Below, piece by piece: positions 9,256 through 17,806 of a DNA stretch of 64,000 bases. Source of the stretch: an uncultured Gammaproteobacteria bacterium (GTDB lineage: Bacteria; Patescibacteriota; Patescibacteriia; UBA10025; JAHIVO01); contig CAZQBL010000025.1 of NCBI GenBank assembly GCA_964592105.1, forward strand, positions 58-64,057, written 5' to 3'. Positions within the stretch are counted from its first letter, which is position 1; the number at the start of each line of letters is the position of its first letter. Position numbers and translations under genes: made by a program. The notes beneath the pieces are model-generated. The model searched no databases. It worked only from the letters and a program-made list of their open reading frames with translations, and was not told where the DNA came from.

Positions 9256-10155
9256 ATGAAAAATAACAATAATAAAAAAATTACCAAAGCCATTATCCCG
9301 GCGGCTGGTTTTGGTACACGCTTTTTGCCGGCCACCAAAGCTCAGCCTAAGGAAATGTTGCCCGTGGTGGACAAACCAGTTATCCAATACGTGGTCGAGG
9401 AGGCTGTGTCCGCCGGCATCGAGGATATTATTCTAGTGACCAGCTGGCAAAAAAGAACGCTTGAAGATCATTTTGACTATTCCCTGGAGCTGGAAAAACA
9501 GCTAAAAGATCGCGGAAAACTCGAACAATTAGAAGAGGTGCGGCGCATCGCCGGCATGGCAAACTTCATCTACGTGCGGCAAAAAGGCCCCTATGGCAAT
9601 GCCACGCCTGTGATCTCCGCTTCGCACTTGGTCAAAAATGAACCATTCGCCGTACTTTGGGGCGATGAATTTTTCCGCAGTAACCCGCCTCGTTTGAAGC
9701 AGATGATGGAGGCCTATGAAGTCTATGGCAAATCAATTATCAGTGCCGTCAGAATTCCCAACAAGAAAGACTTATCAAAATACGGTATTGCGGAAATAGA
9801 GCCCGTAAAAAATAATATTTATAATATTTACAAAATCAAATCACTGATAGAAAAACCAAAACCAGAAGAGGCTCCTTCGAATCTTGCTACCCATGGAGCA
9901 TATTTATTCACGCCCGAGATTATAGACTGTCTCAAGGAAATAAAACCGGGCAAAGATGGCGAGTTATGGCTGGTTGACGCCATCAAGTTACTCATGACCA
10001 AAGAAGATGTTTATGCCTGCGAGATCAAAAATAGCCGGTACTACGACACCGGCAATAAATTAGAATACTTGAAAGCTTGCCTTGATTTGGCGCTCGAACG
10101 CGAGGAACTGCGGGAGCCGTTGCTTGAATACATAAAAAAGATAAAAACTTCATGA
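9256..10155 (+). CDS. galU: UTP--glucose-1-phosphate uridylyltransferase
   Basis: KAIIPAAGFGTRFLPATKAQPKEMLPVVDKPVIQYVVEEA is the canonical GalU N-terminus. Confidence 0.85.
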   Translation: MKNNNNKKITKAIIPAAGFGTRFLPATKAQPKEMLPVVDKPVIQYVVEEAVSAGIEDIILVTSWQKRTLEDHFDYSLELEKQLKDRGKLEQLEEVRRIAGMANFIYVRQKGPYGNATPVISASHLVKNEPFAVLWGDEFFRSNPPRLKQMMEAYEVYGKSIISAVRIPNKKDLSKYGIAEIEPVKNNIYNIYKIKSLIEKPKPEEAPSNLATHGAYLFTPEIIDCLKEIKPGKDGELWLVDAIKLLMTKEDVYACEIKNSRYYDTGNKLEYLKACLDLALEREELREPLLEYIKKIKTS

Positions 10156-11543
10156 AAACATTAAGCATAAATAAGCGTGGACTTTCTAAAATCCTGATTA
10201 TCTCCCTTTTGGGATTTATCGTTTTGGTTATCGCCGGGATAGCGATCATAGCTCTTCAACCGAAAAAGGTACCGCCAAAAAGTGTGACCCTGACTATGTG
10301 GGGGGTCTGGGACGAAACCACCGACGTAGCGGATATGATCAACGCTTACCACACCGCTCATCCCTACATTACTATCAACTACGTTAAAAAAAGATTCGAG
10401 GAGTTTGCCGATGCTTTGGTCAATGGCTGGGCCACCGATACTGGTCCGGACATTTATGCTCTGCCCAACACCTGGCTCCGCGAATACAGCACTGACTTCA
10501 TAACCCCCATGCCAGCTACGACCAAAATTGCCTTTTATGAAAATAAAAAAATACTTTTTAAATCAGAAAAGAAAATCAGCTACGTCACCAGAAATTCTTT
10601 AACCCCCAATGACATCAAAAGAGATTATATCGACGTCGTTTACAAGGATATCATCATTGATGGAAAAATCTATGGCCTCCCTCTCGGTGTCAACACCCTA
10701 GTGATGTACTACAATAAAGATCTGCTCAACCGCGCTCATCTGGCCAAACCGCCAGCTACTTGGAACGATTTTGTCAACGCTGTGGAAAAAATCACCATCA
10801 TTAATGATCGGAACGAAATCATTCGAGCCGGGGCCGCCCTGGGCACCTATGACAACATCCCCAATGCCAGCGACCTAGTCACTCTGCTGATGCTCCAAAA
10901 TGGCACTCCCATGACCACGGGAGAAAAAGTTACCTTTGATCGGCCCACTGGCGCAGAACAAAATTACTACCCGGCCGAACAAGCTTTAAGATTTTATACC
11001 GACTTTGCCAGCCCGGAGAAATCAGTCTATACGTGGAACGAAAATATCACCACTAATGCTTTTGATTTATTCGCTCAGGGAAACTTGGGATTTCTTTTTG
11101 GTTATAGATACCAGCAATCAGAAATAACCTCGCGAGGCATGAGCACTGATGCCTTTAGTATTGCCCCCATGCCGCAGATCAACCCGGACAATGAAATAAA
11201 CTTTGCCGACTACTGGGTTTATACCGTAGCCAAAAAATCTAAATACGCTAATGAAGCCTGGGCTTTTTTACAATATGCTGCTGACGCTAAAAGATCGCAA
11301 CCATATGATGAAAAAACCAAACAAACAAGCGCTCTACGCTCAGTTATCTCTGAACAAATAGAAGATCCGGACATAGGCATATTCGCTCAACAAGCTCTCA
11401 CAGCCCAGAGCTGGTACCGCGGTAAAAACCCCCAAAAAGCCGAAGAATATTTCGGTGATATGATAAAAAGTGTTGTAGCCAGGACTTCTGATATAAAACA
11501 GGCAATTATTCTGGCGGCTCAGAAAATTCAACAAATCTACTAA
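10152..11543 (+). CDS. extracellular solute-binding protein (ABC-type sugar-binding family 1 fold), N-terminal TM anchor; no permease/ATPase nearby
   Basis: TM anchor ILIISLLGFIVLVIAGIAIIAL followed by a ~430-aa periplasmic-binding-protein-like domain (TMWGVWDE..., YYNKDLL...). Assignment rests on overall pattern. Confidence 0.5.
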   Translation: MKTLSINKRGLSKILIISLLGFIVLVIAGIAIIALQPKKVPPKSVTLTMWGVWDETTDVADMINAYHTAHPYITINYVKKRFEEFADALVNGWATDTGPDIYALPNTWLREYSTDFITPMPATTKIAFYENKKILFKSEKKISYVTRNSLTPNDIKRDYIDVVYKDIIIDGKIYGLPLGVNTLVMYYNKDLLNRAHLAKPPATWNDFVNAVEKITIINDRNEIIRAGAALGTYDNIPNASDLVTLLMLQNGTPMTTGEKVTFDRPTGAEQNYYPAEQALRFYTDFASPEKSVYTWNENITTNAFDLFAQGNLGFLFGYRYQQSEITSRGMSTDAFSIAPMPQINPDNEINFADYWVYTVAKKSKYANEAWAFLQYAADAKRSQPYDEKTKQTSALRSVISEQIEDPDIGIFAQQALTAQSWYRGKNPQKAEEYFGDMIKSVVARTSDIKQAIILAAQKIQQIY

Positions 11544-11551
11544 ATAAGACG

Positions 11552-12586
11552 ATGATTGAAATAAGAAAAATTACCAAATTATCCATTATCTTTTGTCTAG
11601 CACTAGTTGTTTTGACAATGAACGCCGCGCCAGTCAAGGCTTATGAAGTTTATAAAAATGGTTTTACCATAATTCCCGAGGAATGCTTGGGCAATCAGGT
11701 GGCCACACAGCAAACCGAGCAGTGTGATATTAACTCCTTTGTCCAACTGTTCGTCAACCTAGCCGCCGTCGGCCTTAAAGTCCTGCCCTATCTGGCTATG
11801 CTCATGATCATCGGCTCGGGATTTTATTTTGTATTGTCTGGTGGCAGTGCTCAAAAAATCCAGCAAGGGAAAAAAGCTTTCACTTCGGTAGTCATCGGGG
11901 TTTTAATCGTCATCGTTTTGGCTTGGGGCTTGTCAGCCATGATTGTTTACTTACTGACCGGGGAAAAAGGCGGCTTTCTTTTTCCGGGATCGCCATTTTC
12001 AAAAGAATGGTGGGGCGGTGGAACCATTGAACAGCCAGGACCGGATACCCGATGCTGTTTTGTTCAAAACATTGGATGTAAAGAAAATATCACGGCTGAT
12101 GAGTGTGCGGCTATCGGGGGAAGACAGCTCGATGCCGGACAATCCTGTCAAAGCTATACAGCTTGTCAAACTTTGTCTAAACCCGGCTGCTGCGTACCCT
12201 CTAATGTTAATGATCCAAACTGTCATGGCCCTAACTCGACTGGATGTTTGGATTTCTCCGGTACTACCCATAACCCCAACCGGTGCCCACAGATAGGTCA
12301 GTGCATTTTTGGTGGCGTGGGCGACTTGGCTGCCTGGGGATGCTGCCTTAAAGACACTGGGGGCTGCGAAGAACTGGCTTTTTTTGAGTGCAATGGCAGT
12401 CACCGCGCTGGAGTAGATTGCAATACCCTGTCTGTTTGTACCGGTTTTTGCTGTAGGTTGCTAAATACTAAATGTCTGCAGGGCGTAACTTATGATTACT
12501 GTACTGCTCCGCCACCTTCCGGCCGTGGTGGTGCAATTCTCAATAAAGGCGCTTGTCCTTATTTCTGTCCACTGTCCACAAATTAA
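11552..12586 (+). CDS. TrbC/VirB2-like pilin domain fused to a C-terminal cysteine-rich (~24 Cys in ~190 aa) extracellular domain
   Basis: Signal/TM, then MLMIIGSGFYFVLSGGSAQKIQQGKKAFTSVVIGVLIVIVLAWGL (hydrophobic segment, GG, K-rich loop, second hydrophobic segment) parallels the two downstream pilin-like genes. The C-terminus carries repeated CC/CxxC patterns (CCFVQNIGC, GCCVP, WGCCLKDTGGC, FCCRLL). Confidence 0.5.
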   Translation: MIEIRKITKLSIIFCLALVVLTMNAAPVKAYEVYKNGFTIIPEECLGNQVATQQTEQCDINSFVQLFVNLAAVGLKVLPYLAMLMIIGSGFYFVLSGGSAQKIQQGKKAFTSVVIGVLIVIVLAWGLSAMIVYLLTGEKGGFLFPGSPFSKEWWGGGTIEQPGPDTRCCFVQNIGCKENITADECAAIGGRQLDAGQSCQSYTACQTLSKPGCCVPSNVNDPNCHGPNSTGCLDFSGTTHNPNRCPQIGQCIFGGVGDLAAWGCCLKDTGGCEELAFFECNGSHRAGVDCNTLSVCTGFCCRLLNTKCLQGVTYDYCTAPPPSGRGGAILNKGACPYFCPLSTN

Positions 12587-12598
12587 TATACTTTTCCT

Positions 12599-12970
12599 AT
12601 GAAACTAAAAAAATTATTTCCCCTCGCCTTGATCTTAATTGTCTCCGTGGTTTTGGGTTTGTCGCTGGCCTCATCGCCCTCGGTTTTAGCCGCTAGCAGT
12701 CCCCGTTTGCCAAATCCGCTGGGTGGCAACGCTGACCTCATGACTGTTTTATTGCGGGTGATGCAGGTTGCCCTGGCTCTGGTTGATATTTTTGCTCTGT
12801 TCATGTTTATCCTTGGGGGGTTTGAATTCCTTATTTCCGCCGGCAACCCCAACATGATTAACCGCGCCAAAGACACCCTGATTTGGGCCACCATTGGTAT
12901 TGTCGTCATTACCTTAAGCTACAGTATTCTAAAATTCATTTTCGAGGCTGTGCAAAAAGGTGCTTCCTGA
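12599..12970 (+). CDS. TrbC/VirB2-like pilin-family protein (paralog 2)
   Basis: Signal peptide (VLAASS), NPLGGNADLMTVLL, ILGGFEFLISAGNPNMINRAKDTLIWATIGIVVITL: two hydrophobic segments with a GG...K loop, as in T4SS pilins. Confidence 0.55.
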   Translation: MKLKKLFPLALILIVSVVLGLSLASSPSVLAASSPRLPNPLGGNADLMTVLLRVMQVALALVDIFALFMFILGGFEFLISAGNPNMINRAKDTLIWATIGIVVITLSYSILKFIFEAVQKGAS

Positions 12971-12975
12971 TTAAT

Positions 12976-13004
12976 TTGACAAATACTGCAGTTTGGTGTA
13001 CAAT
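12976..13004 (+). promoter_or_regulatory. consensus sigma70-type promoter (TTGACA, 17-bp spacer, TACAAT) for the 13053 pilin gene
   Basis: Seen directly: TTGACA 12976-12981, 17-nt spacer, TACAAT 12999-13004; SD AGGAAAGGGGGTG lies 7 nt before ATG 13053. Confidence 0.65.
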
Positions 13005-13052
13005 GACGACGTTAGTAAAAATTAAAGATTTTTAAGGAAAGGGGGTGAAACA

Positions 13053-13406
13053 ATGAAAATTTCAACAAAAGTAATGAGTGGCCTAATGATGGTTACCCTG
13101 TTAGCCCCTTTTGCCGCTTCAGCTTTAACTATTGAGACAGTTGGCAACACCATCGGTTTGGGTACGGCTGATCTGAAAGAAACCGTTATCAACATTATCC
13201 AGTGGGTTCTAGGCCTATTGGGCTTAATCGCCGTCATTATGATTTTGATCGGCGGCTTCCAATGGATGACAGCCGGTGGCAACGAAGAGAAAGTGGCCAG
13301 TGCCAAGAAAATAATTTCAGCTGCAGTTATCGGTTTAATCGTGGTCTTGCTGGCTTGGGCCATCGTAATCTTCGTCGTTCAGACAACCACTAATGTTACC
13401 ACCTAA
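13053..13406 (+). CDS. TrbC/VirB2-like pilin-family protein (paralog 3; monocistronic, likely highly expressed)
   Basis: Signal peptide FAASA|LT, IQWVLGLLGLIAVIMILIGGFQWMTAGGNEEKVASAKKIISAAVIGLIVVLLAWAIV. Flanked by a consensus promoter, strong SD and terminator. Confidence 0.6.
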   Translation: MKISTKVMSGLMMVTLLAPFAASALTIETVGNTIGLGTADLKETVINIIQWVLGLLGLIAVIMILIGGFQWMTAGGNEEKVASAKKIISAAVIGLIVVLLAWAIVIFVVQTTTNVTT

Positions 13407-13438
13407 ATTAGTTTGAGATATAACTATATAGAATAGCT

Positions 13439-13475
13439 CCCCACACCAATGTATTGGTGTGGGGGTTTGTTTTGG
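13439..13475 (+). terminator. rho-independent terminator (perfect 12-bp stem CCCCACACCAAT/ATTGGTGTGGGG, 2-nt loop, T-rich tail)
   Basis: Seen directly: ccccacaccaat-gt-attggtgtgggg followed by gtttgttttgg. Confidence 0.85.
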
Positions 13476-13501
13476 ATATTTTTTTACGATACAATATATT
13501 C

Positions 13502-15445
13502 ATGACGCTCCCCCAAAAAATAACCGATTACTGCGAGCAAAACAGTCTCCGGATAATGTGGATTTTGATTGCTTTGTATTGTGTACTTGTTTCCCTATTA
13601 TGTTTGCTAAAATTCGCCAACTACGGTTACAATGCCTTAGATTTGGGCATCTACAATCAAGTTTTTTACAACTCGGCTCAAGGAAATTTTTTTGATTTCA
13701 CTATCCATCCCCATTCGTACTTGGGAGATCATTTTGAAATTTTCATCGTTTTATTACTTCCGTTTTATCTGCTTTGGCCATCTCCCCAGACACTGCTCAT
13801 CATTCAAACTGTATTTTTGGCTTTGGCCGCTTGGCCGCTTTATTTAATAGCCAGCGCCAGACTAGGAAAAAAATACGCACTGGTCATGGGGTTAATTTTT
13901 CTATTTAGTCCACTGATCCTCAATACCAATTTGTTTGAATTTCACCTTTTGGCTCTGGCTATTTTCTTTTTGCTTTGGGCTTTCTATTTTTTTGAAAAAA
14001 ATAAATTCGGCTGGTGGCTGGTCTTAGCCCTCTTAGCCTTAACTATTAGAGAGGATGTAGCGTTGGTTCTCATAATGTTTTCGTTGCTGGCCTTTTTAGA
14101 GAAAAAAAGCTGGCCTTGGAAAATTTGGCCAGCTGGGCTGGGACTATTTTGGTTCATTATTACTCTAAAAATAATTTCAGCGCTAAATACCTACGGGCAA
14201 TATAAGTTCTTCTATTACTACCAATGGTTAGGCGCTAACTGGTCTGAAGCCTTCCATAATATTTTCACCAAACCATTATTAATTGTTCAACGTTTTTTCT
14301 CCCCGGACAATATTGTCTTAACAATTATCTTGATCGTTCTCTTTGCCGGATTGCCCCTCAAACGACCGAAATTTTTATGGCTGGGATTGTTACCCTTTGT
14401 TCAACTAACCTTGGCTAGTTTTCCCAAGATGCCAATACTGGAAACGCACTACACATCTCTTTTAATTCTTCCTCTCTTTATCGGCACCATATATGGACTG
14501 GCAAAAACTAAACAATCACAAAAACCAATATTTTTGCTAATATTAACGACCATAACCCTATACTCAGCTTTCACACTCGGACCAGTCGGCGGAGTCTTTA
14601 AGTTTATTATTAATGAAAAGCCGGAGACCAAATTATCAATTGCCTTGAAAAATGAATTAGTACAACAAATCCCTTCTCGCGCCAAGGTCGTCGCAACTTA
14701 TGATTACCTAACTCGACTTTCTGGTCGGCCGGACGTATTTTCTTTGCACTATGTCTTTCGGGGAACCAAACAATATTCTTCAGAAAAATATATTTTGCCG
14801 GAAGATGTGGAGTATGCCGCTATTGATTTCTCGGATCTAATAACCTATCAAATCCAATTCTCCCGGGAAAATTTCTACCGAAGCGGCTATCAGAGAGTTA
14901 AAGATTTACTTTTAAACGACTTTGGGCTAGTTCAAATCGCCGACACTCAATCTCTCTGGAAAAAAAACCTTAAATCAAAAACAAAGTTAGTGGAATTTGT
15001 CACTGATTTTACTATTGACAATCCTCAATATTACTATTTTGATAATAAAATAGCTTTTTTGGGGTACTCAACTCCAAAAATAACCACCAGCAACAAAATT
15101 CCACTTATTGATATTTCTTTTTTTTGGAAATCGCTGACGACTTTAACCGAAGACTATCAGCTTCGAATTACTTATCTGGATCAAAACGGAAAATCTTTAT
15201 ACTCGCGCTATTTCCCGCTGGCCTACGGCCTCTACCCAACCAGCCAATGGCCCCAAGAAAAAATCATAAAGACCAACCAGTGGCTGGCATTGCCACAAAA
15301 ATATTCAGGTCAAGCCGTCCAATTAAAAATAAATTTGGTTAGGCTTCAGGGTTATCTTGGGTTGGATAATTTAAAATCGGCTCAGGTAAAAATAACAGAG
15401 GCCGAAGTTATTGGTGAGTCTATTTTTATAAAACTCTTAAAATAA
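13502..15445 (+). CDS. DUF2079-family large polytopic membrane protein (putative GT-C-type glycosyltransferase)
   Basis: LDLGIYNQVF....HPHSYLGDHFEIFIVLLLPFYLLWPSPQTLLIIQTVFLALAAWPLY matches the DUF2079 signature. Start moved to ATG 13502 because the ORF-track start (13454) lies inside the upstream terminator hairpin. Confidence 0.55.
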   Translation: MTLPQKITDYCEQNSLRIMWILIALYCVLVSLLCLLKFANYGYNALDLGIYNQVFYNSAQGNFFDFTIHPHSYLGDHFEIFIVLLLPFYLLWPSPQTLLIIQTVFLALAAWPLYLIASARLGKKYALVMGLIFLFSPLILNTNLFEFHLLALAIFFLLWAFYFFEKNKFGWWLVLALLALTIREDVALVLIMFSLLAFLEKKSWPWKIWPAGLGLFWFIITLKIISALNTYGQYKFFYYYQWLGANWSEAFHNIFTKPLLIVQRFFSPDNIVLTIILIVLFAGLPLKRPKFLWLGLLPFVQLTLASFPKMPILETHYTSLLILPLFIGTIYGLAKTKQSQKPIFLLILTTITLYSAFTLGPVGGVFKFIINEKPETKLSIALKNELVQQIPSRAKVVATYDYLTRLSGRPDVFSLHYVFRGTKQYSSEKYILPEDVEYAAIDFSDLITYQIQFSRENFYRSGYQRVKDLLLNDFGLVQIADTQSLWKKNLKSKTKLVEFVTDFTIDNPQYYYFDNKIAFLGYSTPKITTSNKIPLIDISFFWKSLTTLTEDYQLRITYLDQNGKSLYSRYFPLAYGLYPTSQWPQEKIIKTNQWLALPQKYSGQAVQLKINLVRLQGYLGLDNLKSAQVKITEAEVIGESIFIKLLK

Positions 15446-17105
15446 TTATTGGGCCCTCATCAAAAACCTTCTCGGCAAAAGACTGCCTAATTAGCCAATC
15501 ATCATTGGCATCTTTTTTTTGATAATAAATATAATCAATGGAATTAAACCGGAGAAATTGTTTCTTCTCCTGAACGCTTCCTTGAGTTCCGTCAAAAAAC
15601 CATTGTAGTGCTTCTTTTTTCTCCTCGGCCTGACTGCTTAGATCACTGTGGCCGTAGTAAACCTTGCGCCCAGTGTAAGCCGGGATAAAATTACCGACGA
15701 CTCTTTCTGAAAGAATAACTGTATCTTTCGGCGCGTTGAGCTTAAGCCAGCGAAAACCATTGACTTGAGACGAAGTCAAATAATAAGGGATGTCCTTTGT
15801 CTTATAGGCCACCATATCGCGGGCAATTAAATAAACCGTGGTGGAAAACGAGGCGACCACAAACAACCAAATAAAAATGGTTTTCAAGAAAAAAGATAAT
15901 TTACCGTTGATCATGTTCTTCAGCCGGACAAAAATAAAATCAATGGCCAAAATGGCCAACATAACCATCGGCACATGAAGGCCCTCTGACATTCGCCGCT
16001 GAAACCGCAGAGGAAAATACAATGATAAAGCAATGACGACAAACCAGGTGCCCACAAAAAGCCACTCTTTTTTTCGATGTTTTATGATCAAGATAAGCCC
16101 AATTAACCCCAAGACCCCGATCAATCCATAACCCGTTACATACCACCAAAACGAAGGCGACATGGTCACATTCTGACTCCCCCAGCCTTTGTAACCATCA
16201 ATAAAATTATAAATAAAATAGTAATACAAAACACTAGGTAGCGCTATTAAAAAAATTATTGCCAATTTTTTTATATACAAAAAAGCTAAGCGTGGCACGA
16301 AATCCCTGTCGAATAAAATTCTACTTACCAAATATACGCCCAGAACACCAAAAACTATAAAAAGATCGTAGGGATGAATAAAACCCAACAGTAAAGCCAA
16401 AAAACCAATAATGGCTGATTTACTATGGCCCGATTTGTCCTGATTCAGCATGAACAGCAAGAAAATCGAAATGATAATAATCAGCGCCAGAATAAACAGC
16501 GGATTGTGGAAAATTGTCAAAAAAGTTAGGGCTTCCGGCACCCATAAGTCCACGGAAAATTCGCCCTGTAAATACTGGTTGACATTAAAAACAGGAATGA
16601 ACAGACCGAGTCCGGTAGTAAATACCGCCACAATCAGACAAAGCCTGCGCCATTTTACCTCGCTAAAAAATTTACTGAATAAAATGTACAAAATAATCAA
16701 AAAAATTACCAACAGAAAAATACGGCTCAATTGAAAAGCTGCGGCATTAGATAAATTGAACTCCTCAGCAAAAACTGCCAGTAGATTCCACTGGGGGTGA
16801 AAAAGTAAGGCCGGTTTAACTTCCGGGCTGTATAAGTTTTGAAACAAAAAGTTTCCCTGCCGTGCTTGCTCAATAAATGAATAATAAACATTCACATCAC
16901 CCGGGGTTAATTCATGGATGCCGGTATATTGCATGTCCCCAGGGGTCGTCAACCAACCGTAAACATAAGGCGCACTGGTCACTATCACGGCCAGTAATAT
17001 GACAAACCAAACGAATCGCCATTCGCCCCTTTCAATTATTGCCACTGAATTATTTTCGGCCATAAATATTTTTATGATCTTTTCCTTAATCGCCACATCT
17101 GCCAC
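15426..17105 (-). CDS. large polytopic membrane protein, putative GT-C glycosyltransferase (paralog of 24071..25693)
   Basis: More than 10 predicted TM helices. N-terminal block WRFVWFVILLAVIVTSAPYVYGWLTTPGDMQYTGIHELTPGDVNVYYSFIEQARQG is shared with the 24071 protein. Confidence 0.45.
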   Translation of the reverse strand: MADVAIKEKIIKIFMAENNSVAIIERGEWRFVWFVILLAVIVTSAPYVYGWLTTPGDMQYTGIHELTPGDVNVYYSFIEQARQGNFLFQNLYSPEVKPALLFHPQWNLLAVFAEEFNLSNAAAFQLSRIFLLVIFLIILYILFSKFFSEVKWRRLCLIVAVFTTGLGLFIPVFNVNQYLQGEFSVDLWVPEALTFLTIFHNPLFILALIIIISIFLLFMLNQDKSGHSKSAIIGFLALLLGFIHPYDLFIVFGVLGVYLVSRILFDRDFVPRLAFLYIKKLAIIFLIALPSVLYYYFIYNFIDGYKGWGSQNVTMSPSFWWYVTGYGLIGVLGLIGLILIIKHRKKEWLFVGTWFVVIALSLYFPLRFQRRMSEGLHVPMVMLAILAIDFIFVRLKNMINGKLSFFLKTIFIWLFVVASFSTTVYLIARDMVAYKTKDIPYYLTSSQVNGFRWLKLNAPKDTVILSERVVGNFIPAYTGRKVYYGHSDLSSQAEEKKEALQWFFDGTQGSVQEKKQFLRFNSIDYIYYQKKDANDDWLIRQSFAEKVFDEGPIIILRVL

Positions 17106-17806
17106 AAATAATCTACCGCCGTGGAGAAAACTTTAACTGTACTTTTACGCCCGGCCACTCTTTTTTCCACCCAAGTCACGGGCAGCTCCATAATTTTGTA
17201 ATCTGCTTGCCTGGCTAAAAAGAGCAGCTCGGTATCAAAAAACCAAACATTGTCTTTAATCCGAGGAACTATTTCTTCTGCTACCTTACTGTTAATAAAT
17301 TTGAAGCCGCATTGGGCGTCACTCAAACTCAATTTCAATACGTGGCGCAACAGAAAATTAAAAATTCTGGAGGTCAGCTCTCGACCGATGGAACGCTGTG
17401 TCTTGGATCCTGATATAATTCTTGAACCGATGACAATATCCGCCTTACCAGAATTTAAAAGTTCAACCGCCTGTTTGACATGAACCAGATCGGTGGCCAA
17501 ATCGGCGTCCATATAGCCCAGTATATCGTAAACCCCCTCGCCCCAAGCTTTTTTTAAAGCTCCTCCGCGACCCGGTCGGTCAAGGTGAAAAAAACCGACC
17601 CGATCATCTTTTTGAGACAACCGCTCGGCTATAGCCACCGTCTCGTCAGTTGAACCATTATCGGCCACCAATATCTTCCAGTCATAAACCGTAAGCTCTT
17701 TGGCCAAATATTCCAGAGTTATTTTGATGTTTCCCTCAATAACCAAGGATTCATTGTAGGTTGGCAGGACTATCAATAGTTTTTTCTTCTGGTGCTTGGA
17801 GTTCAT
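17072..17806 (-). CDS. GT2-family glycosyltransferase, polyprenyl-phosphate mannose/glucose synthase-like (DPM1-like)
   Basis: LIVLPTYNES, VADNGSTDET, DAD, GSRI motifs of GT2 Dpm1/GtrB-type enzymes. Confidence 0.8.
   Translation of the reverse strand: MNSKHQKKKLLIVLPTYNESLVIEGNIKITLEYLAKELTVYDWKILVADNGSTDETVAIAERLSQKDDRVGFFHLDRPGRGGALKKAWGEGVYDILGYMDADLATDLVHVKQAVELLNSGKADIVIGSRIISGSKTQRSIGRELTSRIFNFLLRHVLKLSLSDAQCGFKFINSKVAEEIVPRIKDNVWFFDTELLFLARQADYKIMELPVTWVEKRVAGRKSTVKVFSTAVDYLWQMWRLRKRS

Noticed and set aside
13454-13501. ORF-track start for the DUF2079 gene
   Set aside because: It falls inside the perfect terminator hairpin of the upstream pilin gene; ATG 13502 (MTLPQK...) is used instead.
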